From Candidatus Zixiibacteriota bacterium (lineage in GTDB: Bacteria; RBG-13-66-14; B26-G2; WVWN01): a stretch of 64,000 nt of DNA. Made by a program: the position numbers and the translations under genes. Positions 1 through 9,715 of this stretch are shown here, in pieces. The number at the start of each line of letters is the position of its first letter. The stretch's first letter is position 1. The DNA is taken from contig JASFLY010000004.1 in the NCBI GenBank assembly GCA_050117845.1, positions 1 through 64,000 on the forward strand. The letters are read 5' to 3'. A model generated the notes under the pieces. That model saw nothing but the letters and a program-made list of their open reading frames with translations, searched no databases and was not told the DNA's origin.

Positions 1-631
1 TGGTGTCGAGGATGCCGTCGTTGTCGAGGTCGCGGTGAAGGCCGAAGTAGTTGTCCTGTCCCACGTTGTAGAACACCGTCGGGTTATTTTGGGGATCGGG
101 GTTGTTGTAGTTAAGCACGTCCCACGTCTGGCCGAGCGTAAACGGCGTCATGTAGAGTGTGAACGGGGACTTGTTTCCGGCGGTATCGTAGAAGTACGTG
201 CCGATCACGAGGTCACGGTATTCGCTAAGATAATTATAGCCGCGCAGCACGAAGCGCGAACCCGTATACGTGAAGTAATCGTACTTGTAGAAGATATCCT
301 TCTGGACCCAGTAGTCCGCCTGGTTCAAACGGAACCGCTCGTTGTCGGGCCGGGCGCCGTACTTCGTGACGAGAATAGGTTCGATAGGCGCGCCGGGATA
401 CGCCGCGATGGCTTCCACCGATACGTGGGTGTAGAACGGCTTGGAACGCGCCGGGTCCCGCGTCACGTTGTACGTGTCGTAAACCCATTTCTGTCCCACG
501 GTAGTCGGCAGGTACTCCTCGCTCGCGCCGTTGGTGCCGGATTGTTCCGTACCGCACCCCAGCAGGGCGAATAAAACCGGAAGAACCAGCACGGCGGCCG
601 CGATGGGAATTCCTTTAAAACGTCGTTTCAT
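1..631 (-). CDS. Lipoprotein of unknown function, truncated by the window edge
   Basis: Not in the ORF track. Manual translation from ATG at 631: MKRRFKGIPIAAAVLVLPVLFALLGC (lipobox LLGC), open to position 1; RBS aagggga upstream. Confidence 0.8.
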   Translation of the reverse strand, partial: MKRRFKGIPIAAAVLVLPVLFALLGCGTEQSGTNGASEEYLPTTVGQKWVYDTYNVTRDPARSKPFYTHVSVEAIAAYPGAPIEPILVTKYGARPDNERFRLNQADYWVQKDIFYKYDYFTYTGSRFVLRGYNYLSEYRDLVIGTYFYDTAGNKSPFTLYMTPFTLGQTWDVLNYNNPDPQNNPTVFYNVGQDNYFGLHRDLDNDGILDT

Positions 632-816
632 TAGTTTCCCCTTTCATCTTAAAAGGCGATAACCGAACCGTCGAATTTTCCTCTCGGTAAATCCTCCTTT
701 CATCGTCAATCAAAACGCGTTCCGGAAGGCACTCCGGTGCCGTTCCGAAACGCGGTTTTTTATCTGGATTTGCTCACGGGTTTCCATGGCCGGAGAACCC
801 AACTTCCACCCCGACC

Positions 817-845
817 ATTATAATGGTATTGCGCCGCTTTATCAA
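817..845 (-). promoter_or_regulatory. Sigma70-type promoter for the lipoprotein gene
   Basis: Minus strand TTGATA-N17-TATAAT. Confidence 0.6.
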
Positions 846-884
846 CGGGAAATTGGCGACTCCACCGAGACCGGCGCCCGCCCC

Positions 885-1394
885 CTAGTCCCGTCGCATT
901 AGCCAGATGCCGCCGCTCACCAAACAAACGCCGGCGAACAAAGACGGGATATTAACCGTTCTTTCCTGTACCAGCACCGAATTGCCGGTGCCCTCGTATA
1001 TCTTGTCGGCGTAGTAGGGCCTTCTCGATTCCTTGTGCAGGAACAGGGCCCACGCCATGGACGTTACCGCCGTGGTTATCAGCGATACGCCTATTACCTT
1101 CTTCATGTCCTGGGCCGCTTTGCCGGATATGTCCTGGTAGCGGGACCATTTCACCTCGACGAAGTCCTCCTCGACGCTCTCGCCGAAATAAAAGATTTCG
1201 TCCTCGTCCTCGTCCCCGGCCTTTCGGGAGAACGGGTTCTTTCCCTGGCCGAAGTAGTAATTGACGTTTTCCTCAACCGTGTCCGAAGAAGAACCCTCTT
1301 CCCCTTCTTTCTCGGCCTGGGCGATCGCCGGGGCCGCCGCTCCCCAAAGGAGCAGGGCCACGAGCGCGATTACGAATAATTTATCAGGTTTCAT
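885..1394 (-). CDS. Hypothetical exported/membrane protein
   Basis: Signal peptide (AIA-Q), acidic region, two C-terminal hydrophobic segments; RBS agagg upstream. Confidence 0.7.
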   Translation of the reverse strand: MKPDKLFVIALVALLLWGAAAPAIAQAEKEGEEGSSSDTVEENVNYYFGQGKNPFSRKAGDEDEDEIFYFGESVEEDFVEVKWSRYQDISGKAAQDMKKVIGVSLITTAVTSMAWALFLHKESRRPYYADKIYEGTGNSVLVQERTVNIPSLFAGVCLVSGGIWLMRRD

Positions 1395-1430
1395 CTATTG
1401 ACCTCTTTTGTTTATTACCACCAACCTTAT

Positions 1431-1459
1431 ATTTTATTACCTAAGGCGGGTCGTGTCAA
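1431..1459 (-). promoter_or_regulatory. Sigma70-type promoter, divergent from the DUF885 gene
   Basis: Minus strand TTGACA-N17-TAAAAT. Confidence 0.6.
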
Positions 1460-1580
1460 CCTATTATTTGGCGCCGCCCCCGCGCGCCGGCGCCGGCCGG
1501 CCGCCCCCATAAAACTTGACCGCGCCCCGTCGCTGTGTTAGCTTCTTTTAAAATTTACTAAATTGAAAGGTGTTGACGAA

Positions 1581-3191
1581 ATGACCGAAGACGTTACGAA
1601 ATTGATAGGCCGGATGCTCGACCGCGAGAATGAACTCTCGCCCCCCTCCGCCACCTTCAAGGGCCTCCACGACCGCGACGAGGAATGGGACGACCCGGGG
1701 CCCGAGGGCCTCGCCACCTACTGCGATTTCATCGACGAGTACGCCAAGGCGTTGGACGAGGCCGCCGCCACGGCCGAGGGCGACGACGCCGTCGACGTGG
1801 GGCTCGCCCGTTCCCGGCTGGCCATTTACGACATTACGCTGCGGGGAATGGACGAGGCCCGGCGCAACCCCATCGGCGTGCCGGGGACCGTCGTTCAGAC
1901 CATCTTCATCATGCTCGTCCGCGGGTACGCCCCCGCCGCCGAGCGCTTCGGCGCCATGCGCGCCCGCCTCGAGAAGGTTCCCGAGTACTGCGCCCAGGCG
2001 AAGCTCGTGTGCGAGCGGCCGGTCGTCAAGTTCACCGAACTCGGGGCCGAGATGGCGGCCCAGGGCGGGCCCTTCCTGTCCCAGGTCGTACCGGCGATCG
2101 CCGAGCAACAGGCTCCCGAGCACGCCGCCGCCATAAAGGCCGCCGGCGAAAAGGCCGCCGCGGCCCTGGCCGACTATATCGCGCACGTCCGGAGCCTGCC
2201 GGCGAACGAGGACTTCGCCGCGGGGCGGGAGGCCTTCGACCGCCTCCTCTCCGAGTACCACCTCCTCGACTACGACGCCGACTCGCTGCGCGCCTTCGGC
2301 GAAGAGTCCATCGCCGCGCTCCAGGCCGAGATGAAGGAGCTCGCCGAAACAATAAAACCCGGCGCCACGCCCGCCGAACTCATCGAGGAGTTCAAGCAGG
2401 ACCACCCCGCCGAGGACGAGGTCCTCGACTTCTACCGCGAATGGATGGACCGCAGCCGGCAGTTCGTCATAGACCACGACCTCACCGGGATGCCGCCGGG
2501 CGAAGAGCTGGAGGTCATCCCCACGCCCGTGTTCGAGCGGGCCGTCATCCCGTACGCGGCCTATATGCCGCCGGCCCCCTACGAGAGTCAGCAGAAGGGC
2601 TTCTTCTACGTGACGCCCGTGGACCCGGACGCCTCGGACGAGGAGAAGGCGCAGAAGCTGGCCGGCCACAACCGCGTCAAGGTCCCGGTCGTGGCGCTGC
2701 ACGAGGGCTACCCCGGCCACCATCTCCAGCTCTGCTGGGCCAACCGTGGCGAGAACCGCCTCCGCCGCGAGACCCACTGCAACCCCCTCATCGAGGGTTG
2801 GGCCCTCTACTGCGAGGAGATGATGCGCGAGGAGGGTTTCTACCCCGACGACCGGGCGGTCCTGGGGCAGAAGAAGGATACGCTGTGGCGGGCGGTCCGC
2901 GTTTTCCTGGACTCGGCGCTGCACGCCGGCGGCATGACCTACGACGAGGCCGTGGCCCTTCTGATGGATAAAGTCTCGCTGGTTCGCGTAAACGCCGAGG
3001 CCGAGGTCAACCGCTACATCTACACGCCCACCCAGCCCATGTCGTACCTGGTGGGCAAGCAACAGATAATGGCCCTGCGGGACGAATTCGTCCGCGCCAA
3101 CCCGAACGCGTCGCGTCGCGAGTTCCACGACCGCCTCCTGGCCGCGGGTTCGCTGCCGGTGAAGCTCGTCCGGGATATCGTGATGGCGTAG
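1581..3191 (+). CDS. DUF885 family protein (zincin-like, cytoplasmic)
   Basis: HEGYPGHHLQ, EGWALYCE, RY..TPTQPMSYLVG and FHDRLL motifs. ATG 1581 follows RBS aaagg; the ORF track starts at 1563. Confidence 0.85.
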   Translation: MTEDVTKLIGRMLDRENELSPPSATFKGLHDRDEEWDDPGPEGLATYCDFIDEYAKALDEAAATAEGDDAVDVGLARSRLAIYDITLRGMDEARRNPIGVPGTVVQTIFIMLVRGYAPAAERFGAMRARLEKVPEYCAQAKLVCERPVVKFTELGAEMAAQGGPFLSQVVPAIAEQQAPEHAAAIKAAGEKAAAALADYIAHVRSLPANEDFAAGREAFDRLLSEYHLLDYDADSLRAFGEESIAALQAEMKELAETIKPGATPAELIEEFKQDHPAEDEVLDFYREWMDRSRQFVIDHDLTGMPPGEELEVIPTPVFERAVIPYAAYMPPAPYESQQKGFFYVTPVDPDASDEEKAQKLAGHNRVKVPVVALHEGYPGHHLQLCWANRGENRLRRETHCNPLIEGWALYCEEMMREEGFYPDDRAVLGQKKDTLWRAVRVFLDSALHAGGMTYDEAVALLMDKVSLVRVNAEAEVNRYIYTPTQPMSYLVGKQQIMALRDEFVRANPNASRREFHDRLLAAGSLPVKLVRDIVMA

Positions 3192-3306
3192 GGCCCGGGG
3201 GAGACGGCTTTCCCGCCCCCGGGCGGGGATGATACCCCTTGCTTTTGAGATACCCCTTTGGTATATTGATTTGGCCCAGCCGCGGCCGGGCCGGGAGCGC
3301 CCGGTC

Positions 3307-4083
3307 GTGGCGTGGGATAATATAGTTCGGCGTTGGCGCCGCGTTCCCGCTGCGGTGTGGAACGAGTTGCGGCTGCCGGGAGCGTTGTGGTACCTGGCGG
3401 TCGCGGCCTTCGTGACTTCCGGCGTCGGCATCCTGTCCGCGAACGCGTACGTTCTCCCGGCGCTGGACGTTTTGGCCGTGCTCCCCGTTTTCGTGTGGGC
3501 GCGGTCCAGGTCCACCTTTCAGGGAACGGCGCTGGCGCTTCTGTTGTGGGCCGGGTGCAAGGTCGCCGCGGTCGCGTTCTTCACGGTGCAGTTCCCGGGC
3601 CGGGCCGCGGAGGCCGTCGCCTTCGGGCCGGCGTACGCCGACGGGATGCGGATGTGGCTCTCGTCGGGCGAGGACGTCCTGAACGTGGGGGCGTGGGGCA
3701 CGTTGCGCCTCAAGGAGGCCGGGATACTGGCGGCCTCGAGCCTCGCGACCGGCGGCCTGGGCGGCCTGGCGTGCGGGGCGGTCCTGGTCAACTGCCAGGC
3801 CTATTACTTCGGTACGCTGATAGGCCGGTCCGTGGACCCCGTTCGCGTCCTCATATTCGGCTGGCCATTGTGGGAGGTGTTCCGGGCGCTCGGCTTCGTC
3901 AACGTCCTGTTGGCGGGAGCGGAGCCCTTGGGCTCCCGGGTCCTCGGGAAGCCGGTGCGGGCGCGGGAACTCCGCGACGGCCTAATAATCGCCGTCCTGA
4001 TGCTCGCCGCCGCGTACGTGGCCCAGATATCGTTCGCCGCCTGGTGGCGGGATATGCTCGCCCCGGCCTTGCTGTTCGAATAA
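3307..4083 (+). CDS. Multi-pass membrane protein, weakly SpoIIM-like
   Basis: About 6-7 hydrophobic helices; start uncertain (ORF open from 3229). Confidence 0.6.
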   Translation: MAWDNIVRRWRRVPAAVWNELRLPGALWYLAVAAFVTSGVGILSANAYVLPALDVLAVLPVFVWARSRSTFQGTALALLLWAGCKVAAVAFFTVQFPGRAAEAVAFGPAYADGMRMWLSSGEDVLNVGAWGTLRLKEAGILAASSLATGGLGGLACGAVLVNCQAYYFGTLIGRSVDPVRVLIFGWPLWEVFRALGFVNVLLAGAEPLGSRVLGKPVRARELRDGLIIAVLMLAAAYVAQISFAAWWRDMLAPALLFE

Positions 4084-4097
4084 CGGGATATTCCTCC

Positions 4098-4880
4098 ATG
4101 AAGAAATTCCTAATCGTAGCGTGCGTGTTGCTCTTCGTCGGCGTGGGCCGGGCCCAGGTGCTTATCTGGGACCACGACAACGGCCAAACCTTCAAGAAAC
4201 CGACTTCCGACGAACCGGTCGGGACCGAGGCGGCCATTGCGGAGGCGCTCGCCGCCAACGGCGTGACTGACGTCCAGAAGAAGAACTTCCTCCCCTACGA
4301 CCTCAGCGGCTACGAGGCCGTCTTCGTCCTGTGCGGCTTCTGGCCCGACGACGGCACGCTTACCTATACCGAACAGGGGATCCTCGCGGCCTACCTCGCG
4401 GGGGGCGGCAACCTCTACATCGAGGGGACGGAGCTGGCCCGCCGCTACGGCTACTCGGCCCTTTTCGACATGATGGGCGCCACCTTCGCCGACGACGGCC
4501 GGACGATGGGGGAGGGCAACGTCAACGTCGCCGAGGGTATCGGCCCCTGGGCGGGGATACGCCTCGATTATTATTCCTATCAGAAGGACGGGCCGGACGC
4601 CTTCGTGGACGAGCTGCTCGCGACCTCTGGCGAGGCCGTCGTTCGTTCCCGGCGCGCCGGCAACAAGTCGAACGCCCGGGTGGTGAGGCGCGCCGGCGAG
4701 AGCGAACCCGCGTACCGGTCTCTGGTGTCGTCCTTTATCTTCGGCGCCCTGGCCGACGGCGAACATAAAAAATCCGATTTAATGGCGATATATCTGGAAT
4801 ACTTCGGCCTTTCCGGAAACCATAACAACATCGGCATCGCGCCGGCGTCGTTGGGGCGAGTCAGGGCGCTGTTCCGCTAG
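4098..4880 (+). CDS. Secreted protein, GATase1-like fold, with C-terminal IAPASLGRVRALFR motif
   Basis: Signal peptide MKKFLIVACVLLFVGVGRA; DLSGYEAVFVLCG and YLAGGGNLYIEG motifs; real start lies inside ORF 3333..4880. Confidence 0.75.
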   Translation: MKKFLIVACVLLFVGVGRAQVLIWDHDNGQTFKKPTSDEPVGTEAAIAEALAANGVTDVQKKNFLPYDLSGYEAVFVLCGFWPDDGTLTYTEQGILAAYLAGGGNLYIEGTELARRYGYSALFDMMGATFADDGRTMGEGNVNVAEGIGPWAGIRLDYYSYQKDGPDAFVDELLATSGEAVVRSRRAGNKSNARVVRRAGESEPAYRSLVSSFIFGALADGEHKKSDLMAIYLEYFGLSGNHNNIGIAPASLGRVRALFR

Positions 4881-4915
4881 GCTCGTTCCGGCCGCACGAC
4901 GGGAGGCAAAGAGCG

Positions 4916-6559
4916 ATGGGATACGACCCCGGGTTAAAGAAGTTGATGGCGAAAGTCGAGGCGTCGCGGCCCGACCGCATCGCGGCCGTGAAGCGGGGCG
5001 AACATTTCCGAAGCCTCACGCTCGAGGAGCGGGACGAACTCCTGCGGGCGTTCCACCCGGACTTCCGGGACGACGCCAAACGCGAGGTGCGCATAGGCCG
5101 CAATAAGGGCGCGGTCTACCCCAACGAGCTGGTCGACGTGCTCGAGTCCCGCAGCCGCCTCGAGCCGGCCCGGGTCGACCTCGAGAAGGTGGATTACGAC
5201 GTCGACCTCCTAATCGTGGGCGGCGGCGGCGCCGGCTGCAGCGCGGCCATAGCCGCCACCGACGCCGGCGTCGAAAATATCCTAATCGCCACCAAACTCC
5301 GCCTCGGCGACGCCAATACCATGATGGCCGAGGGCGGCATCCAGGCCGCGGACAAGGAGAACGACTCCCCGGTTATCCACTACCTAGACGTCCTGGGCGG
5401 AGGCCGCTTCGCCAACACGCCGGACCTCGTCGAGGCGCTGGTGCAGGACGCCCCCCTCGTTATCTCCTGGCTCGAGAAGATGGGCGTCATGTTCGACAAG
5501 ACCGAGGACGGCACCATGCGCACGCTGCACGGCGGCGGCACCAGCCGCAAGCGTATGCATTCCTGCGGCGACATCACCGGCGCCGAGATTATGCGGACCC
5601 TCCGCGACGAGGTCCAGTGCCGGCCGCAGATAAACATCCTCGAGTTCGCCCCCGCCGTGGAGATAATCAAGGACGACGCCGGCCGCGCGGCCGGGGCCGT
5701 GCTCTACGACCTCGACCGCGACCAGTACATAGTCGTCCGGGCCAAGTGCACGATAGTCTCGACCGGGGGGCTCGGCCGCCTTCACCTCATGGGGTTCCCC
5801 ACCACCAACCACTACGGCGCCACCGCCGACGGCCTGGCGATGGCCTACCACGCCGGCTGCGAGCTCGTCTTCCTGGAGTCGTCGCAGTTCCACCCCACGG
5901 GCGCCATTTACCCCGAACAGATTATCGGCCTCCTCATAACCGAGAAGGTCCGCGGCGCCGGGGCGCAGTTCCTCAACGTCGACGGCGAGCAGTTCGTCTA
6001 CCCGCTCGAGACCCGCGACGTGGCCTCCTCCGCGCTCATCCGCGAGTGCGCCGCGACGGACCAGGAAGGCCGGGGCAAGGGGGTCCCGACGCCGTCGGGG
6101 CGCTTCGGCATCTGGCTCGACTCGCCCATGATAGAGATCCTCCGCGGCCCGGGCACGGTCCGCCGGGACTTCCCCGGGAAGTTCCGCATGTACGACAATC
6201 ACGGCATCGACATCTCCCGCGAACCGATGCTCATATACCCGACGCTCCACTACCAGAACGGCGGCGTCATGTTCAACGCCGACGCCTCGAGCGCCGACCT
6301 GGAGAACCTCTACTTCGCGGGCGAGGTGGGCGGCGGCATCCACGGCCAGAACCGCCTGATGGGCAACTCGCTCCTCGATGTCTGCGTCTTCGGCCGGCGG
6401 GCCGGGGCGTCCGCCGCGGCCAAGGTGCCCCAGGTCGCGGTCGGCGCGCTCAACCTCGACCACGTGCGGACGTGGAACGAGGGCGTCGCCGAGGCGGGCC
6501 TGGAGAGCGAGCGGTCCGCGCCGCTCCTCTTCCCGGACTACCGCGGCAAGGTAATGTAG
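4916..6559 (+). CDS. Succinate dehydrogenase/fumarate reductase flavoprotein-like FAD oxidoreductase
   Basis: GGGGAG, AEGGIQAA, QFHPTG, TEKVRG, TRDVAS, HYQNGG and GGIHGQNRLMGNSL motifs. Confidence 0.85.
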   Translation: MGYDPGLKKLMAKVEASRPDRIAAVKRGEHFRSLTLEERDELLRAFHPDFRDDAKREVRIGRNKGAVYPNELVDVLESRSRLEPARVDLEKVDYDVDLLIVGGGGAGCSAAIAATDAGVENILIATKLRLGDANTMMAEGGIQAADKENDSPVIHYLDVLGGGRFANTPDLVEALVQDAPLVISWLEKMGVMFDKTEDGTMRTLHGGGTSRKRMHSCGDITGAEIMRTLRDEVQCRPQINILEFAPAVEIIKDDAGRAAGAVLYDLDRDQYIVVRAKCTIVSTGGLGRLHLMGFPTTNHYGATADGLAMAYHAGCELVFLESSQFHPTGAIYPEQIIGLLITEKVRGAGAQFLNVDGEQFVYPLETRDVASSALIRECAATDQEGRGKGVPTPSGRFGIWLDSPMIEILRGPGTVRRDFPGKFRMYDNHGIDISREPMLIYPTLHYQNGGVMFNADASSADLENLYFAGEVGGGIHGQNRLMGNSLLDVCVFGRRAGASAAAKVPQVAVGALNLDHVRTWNEGVAEAGLESERSAPLLFPDYRGKVM

Positions 6560-6568
6560 GGGCGAACG

Positions 6569-7279
6569 ATGCCGGGGCTCGACCACGTTTTGCACTTCTT
6601 CGGTTACGCGGTCTGTCACTGCCTGCCGAACCGCACGTTGACCCTGGGCGGAGAGTACTTGCCGGTGTGCGCGCGCTGCACCGGCATTTACGTCGGCATC
6701 GCCGTGACGTACGTGTTCCTGATAAGCCGGCGGGGCTTCCGCGTCAACGCCTTGCCGAAATTGCCGGTGGCCATGGCCATCGTGGCGCTGCTCCTGCCGA
6801 TGGCGGTGGACGGCGTTTCCTCCTACCTCGGCCTGCGCGAGACCACCAACACCCTCCGCTTCCTCACCGGCCTGTCCGCCGGTTCCGCCCTGCCGATATT
6901 CGCGTTCCCGCTCCTCTCGGCGGAGCTGATAGTGGACAAGAACGACAAGGAGATAGTGCGGCCCTTCGGCCGGGTTTGGGATTACCCTATTTGGCTCGGT
7001 TCGGTCGCGGCGGCGGGGGCGCTGGTAATGTCCGGCTGGTCCTGGCTCTATTACCCCATATCCATACTGACGGTCCTGGGCCTGGCGGGCATCTTCTTCA
7101 ATCTGTCGCTCACGGTGTGGGAGATGGCTCTCGAGCGCGCCGGGAAATGGGGCAAGAGGCCGCGGACGTTCATCCCCGCGGCACTGACGGTACTCCTGAT
7201 TTTCACCCTGCTCAACGTCTTCCACTATTACACCTTCCGGGCGATGATGAACGCCACCGGCGGGGAGTTGCCGCAGTAA
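6569..7279 (+). CDS. DUF2085 family membrane protein
   Basis: CHxLPxR, PVCARCTGIYVG, DG and NTLRFLTG motifs; several TM helices. Confidence 0.8.
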   Translation: MPGLDHVLHFFGYAVCHCLPNRTLTLGGEYLPVCARCTGIYVGIAVTYVFLISRRGFRVNALPKLPVAMAIVALLLPMAVDGVSSYLGLRETTNTLRFLTGLSAGSALPIFAFPLLSAELIVDKNDKEIVRPFGRVWDYPIWLGSVAAAGALVMSGWSWLYYPISILTVLGLAGIFFNLSLTVWEMALERAGKWGKRPRTFIPAALTVLLIFTLLNVFHYYTFRAMMNATGGELPQ

Positions 7280-7330
7280 AGGCCGGGCCGCCTTAAGGCC
7301 GATAAGGGGGCCGAAGAAGAGGGAAGGACC

Positions 7331-7852
7331 ATGGAAGCGCTCCAAGCCATACTGACGCGACGCAGCATCCGCACCTTCACGAACGACCCGGTTTCCCCGG
7401 AAGACGTCCGGACCATGCTGGAAGCGGCCATGGCCGCCCCCTCCGCCGGGAACGAACAGCCCTGGCAGTTCGTCGTCGTCAAGGCCCGGGACGTCCTCGA
7501 CGAAGTTCCCACCTTCCACGAGCACGCCGGCATGTTGCGCGAGGCGCCCCTCGCCGTTCTGATATGCGGCGACGCTCGCCTCACGAGATACGATGTCTTC
7601 TGGCCCCAGGACTGCGCCGCCGCGACGCAGAACCTCCTCCTGGCCGCCCACGCCTCGGGCCTGGGGGCGGTGTGGATAGGGGTATATCCGGTGGAGGGGT
7701 TGATTCGCCGGCTCCGCGAAATGTTGGCCCTGCCGCCGGAGGTGACGCCGTTCGCCCTCGTGGCCGTCGGCCATCCGGCGGAAGAGAAACCGCCGGCGGG
7801 CCGCTTCGACGAGGGCCGTATTCATTACGAGCGATGGGAAGGTAAAGGCTAG
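7331..7852 (+). CDS. Nitroreductase family protein
   Basis: RRSIR, APSAGNEQPW, QNLLLAAHASGLGAVW. Confidence 0.9.
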   Translation: MEALQAILTRRSIRTFTNDPVSPEDVRTMLEAAMAAPSAGNEQPWQFVVVKARDVLDEVPTFHEHAGMLREAPLAVLICGDARLTRYDVFWPQDCAAATQNLLLAAHASGLGAVWIGVYPVEGLIRRLREMLALPPEVTPFALVAVGHPAEEKPPAGRFDEGRIHYERWEGKG

Positions 7853-8176
7853 GTGGTCGCGATGGAAGGCGAGAAGGCCAGACCCGAAACGGGCTGGGAC
7901 GAGCGAACGCACCGGCTCCTGGATCTGTTGGAACCGCTGTCGATCGCCTGCCTGTACTTCATGTCCGTAATATCCTGGATTTACGGCTTGGTATTCGGCA
8001 TCGTCGCCAGCACGCAGTGCAAGCTCGAGGCCAACAAGCGCGTCGGAAAAATTTGCATTATCCTGGCCCTGGTGAACTTCGCGCTTATCGCCCTCGTCGT
8101 CGTTTTATACGTTGTCCTTATAGTATTTATGATATTCGGCCTCGCGTGGTCCGCGAGTCCGGGCGGCACCGGTTGA
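7853..8176 (+). CDS. Small membrane protein, DUF4190-like, paralogue 1
   Basis: Hydrophobic; shares WDE..RL.DL.EPL and NKRVGKIC with the next gene. Confidence 0.7.
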   Translation: MVAMEGEKARPETGWDERTHRLLDLLEPLSIACLYFMSVISWIYGLVFGIVASTQCKLEANKRVGKICIILALVNFALIALVVVLYVVLIVFMIFGLAWSASPGGTG

Positions 8177-8208
8177 GGGTAGCACTCATACGTTCAGGAG
8201 GACCGTAA

Positions 8209-8502
8209 ATGGATGAGATAACGAACGTGGACTGGGACGAGAAGAAGAAGCGCCTCGTCGACCTGTTCGAACCGCTCTTCGTCGCGTATCTTTATATAAT
8301 GGCGGTGTTCTCGCCGATCATGGGTCTTATCCTCGGCATCGTCGCCATGACGAAGTGCCGGATGGACAAGAACAAACGAGTCGGCAAGATTTGCGTCATC
8401 GTGAGCATCGTGATGCTCGGCGTCTGGTCTCTCTGCCTCGTGGCGTATATCCTGGTTATCGTCGCCGCGACCGGGAGTTACGGCTCGGGCTTCAACATGT
8501 AA
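8209..8502 (+). CDS. Small membrane protein, DUF4190-like, paralogue 2
   Basis: RBS aggagg; paralogue of the previous gene. Confidence 0.75.
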   Translation: MDEITNVDWDEKKKRLVDLFEPLFVAYLYIMAVFSPIMGLILGIVAMTKCRMDKNKRVGKICVIVSIVMLGVWSLCLVAYILVIVAATGSYGSGFNM

Positions 8503-8567
8503 ATAATCCTTACGACCCGGAAACCAAACGCCGCGGCCGCCGGCCCCGGCGCACAAGGAGCTGGTCG

Positions 8568-9695
8568 ATGAAGATCCACGAGTACCAGGCCAAGGAGATA
8601 TTCAAGGAATTCGGAATCGCGACGCCCGCGGGCCGCGTGGCCTCGACGCCCGGCGAGGCCGAGGCCGTGGCGGCCGAGGTCGGCTGCCCCGTCGCCGTCA
8701 AGGCCCAGGTGCACGTCGGCGGCCGGGGCAAGGCCGGCGGCATCAAGGTCGCGAAGACCCCCGCCGAGGCCAAAGAGGCGGCCGAGAAGATACTGGGCAT
8801 GGACATCAAGGGCCTCACCGTCGGGAAAGTCCTGGTGGAGAAGGCTTCCAACATCGGCAAGGAGTACTACCTGGGTTTCGTCAACGACCGCGGCGCCAAG
8901 GCCGTGACGCTGATGGGTTCGGCCGAGGGCGGCGTCGAAATAGAGGAGGTCGCCCGCACCAACCCGGAGGCCATTATAAAGGTAACGATGGACCCGTGCC
9001 TGGGCCTCCACGGCTACCAGGCCTTCGCCGTCGGCAAGCGCCTCACCGGCGACGCGAAAAAGGCCCGCGTCGTGGCCGACGTCCTGGGCCGGATATATAA
9101 GGCGTTCACCTTCTACCACTGCTCGCTCGCCGAGATCAACCCCTTCGTCGAGACCGCGGAGGGCGAGTTCATCGCGCTCGACGCCAAGATAAACATCGAC
9201 GACAACGCGCTGCACCTGCACCCCAAGCTGGCCGAAGGCCGCGACGACCTGGCGCAGACCGAACTGCGCGCCAAGGCCGCCGGCCTGTCCTACGTCCCGA
9301 TGGAGGGCAACGTGGCCTGCATCGTCAACGGCGCCGGCCTGGCCATGACGACGATGGACCTCATCAAGCTCTACGGCGGCGAACCCGCCAACTTCCTCGA
9401 CGTCGGCGGCTCCAGCTCCCCGGAGAAGATATTGACCGCGATGGACATCATCACGTCGTACCCCGGCGTCAAGGCCGTGCTCGTCAACATCTTCGGCGGC
9501 ATCACCCGCTGCGACGACGTCGCGACGGGCCTCGTGGCCGCGCTCGAGAAACAGCCCCTCGACGTCCCGCTGGTCGTCCGCCTTACCGGAACCAACGAGG
9601 AGGAGGCCCGGGAGATACTGAAGAAGGCGGGCATCGAGGCCGGCTCGGACATGGACGAGGCGGTCAAGGCCGCGGTCGCCGCGGCGGGGAAATAA
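8568..9695 (+). CDS. sucC: Succinyl-CoA synthetase beta subunit
   Basis: [59 protein letters not shown] aaggag. Confidence 0.95.
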   Translation: MKIHEYQAKEIFKEFGIATPAGRVASTPGEAEAVAAEVGCPVAVKAQVHVGGRGKAGGIKVAKTPAEAKEAAEKILGMDIKGLTVGKVLVEKASNIGKEYYLGFVNDRGAKAVTLMGSAEGGVEIEEVARTNPEAIIKVTMDPCLGLHGYQAFAVGKRLTGDAKKARVVADVLGRIYKAFTFYHCSLAEINPFVETAEGEFIALDAKINIDDNALHLHPKLAEGRDDLAQTELRAKAAGLSYVPMEGNVACIVNGAGLAMTTMDLIKLYGGEPANFLDVGGSSSPEKILTAMDIITSYPGVKAVLVNIFGGITRCDDVATGLVAALEKQPLDVPLVVRLTGTNEEEAREILKKAGIEAGSDMDEAVKAAVAAAGK

Positions 9696-9715
9696 GCGCC
9701 GGAGCGAAAGTAGCG

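Noticed and set aside
3333..4097. N-terminal extensions in the ORF track (3333, 8355, 13498, 16262, 30369, 46205)
   Set aside because: They overlap upstream genes or terminators; downstream starts fit RBS position, signal peptides and family N-termini.
1548..7912. Long antisense ORFs (1548-3515, 5384-7912) and similar shadows across the window
   Set aside because: They mirror well-supported genes in high-GC DNA and show no recognisable motifs.
8180..8200. CIRCE element (tagcactc)
   Set aside because: Half-site only and not upstream of chaperone genes.
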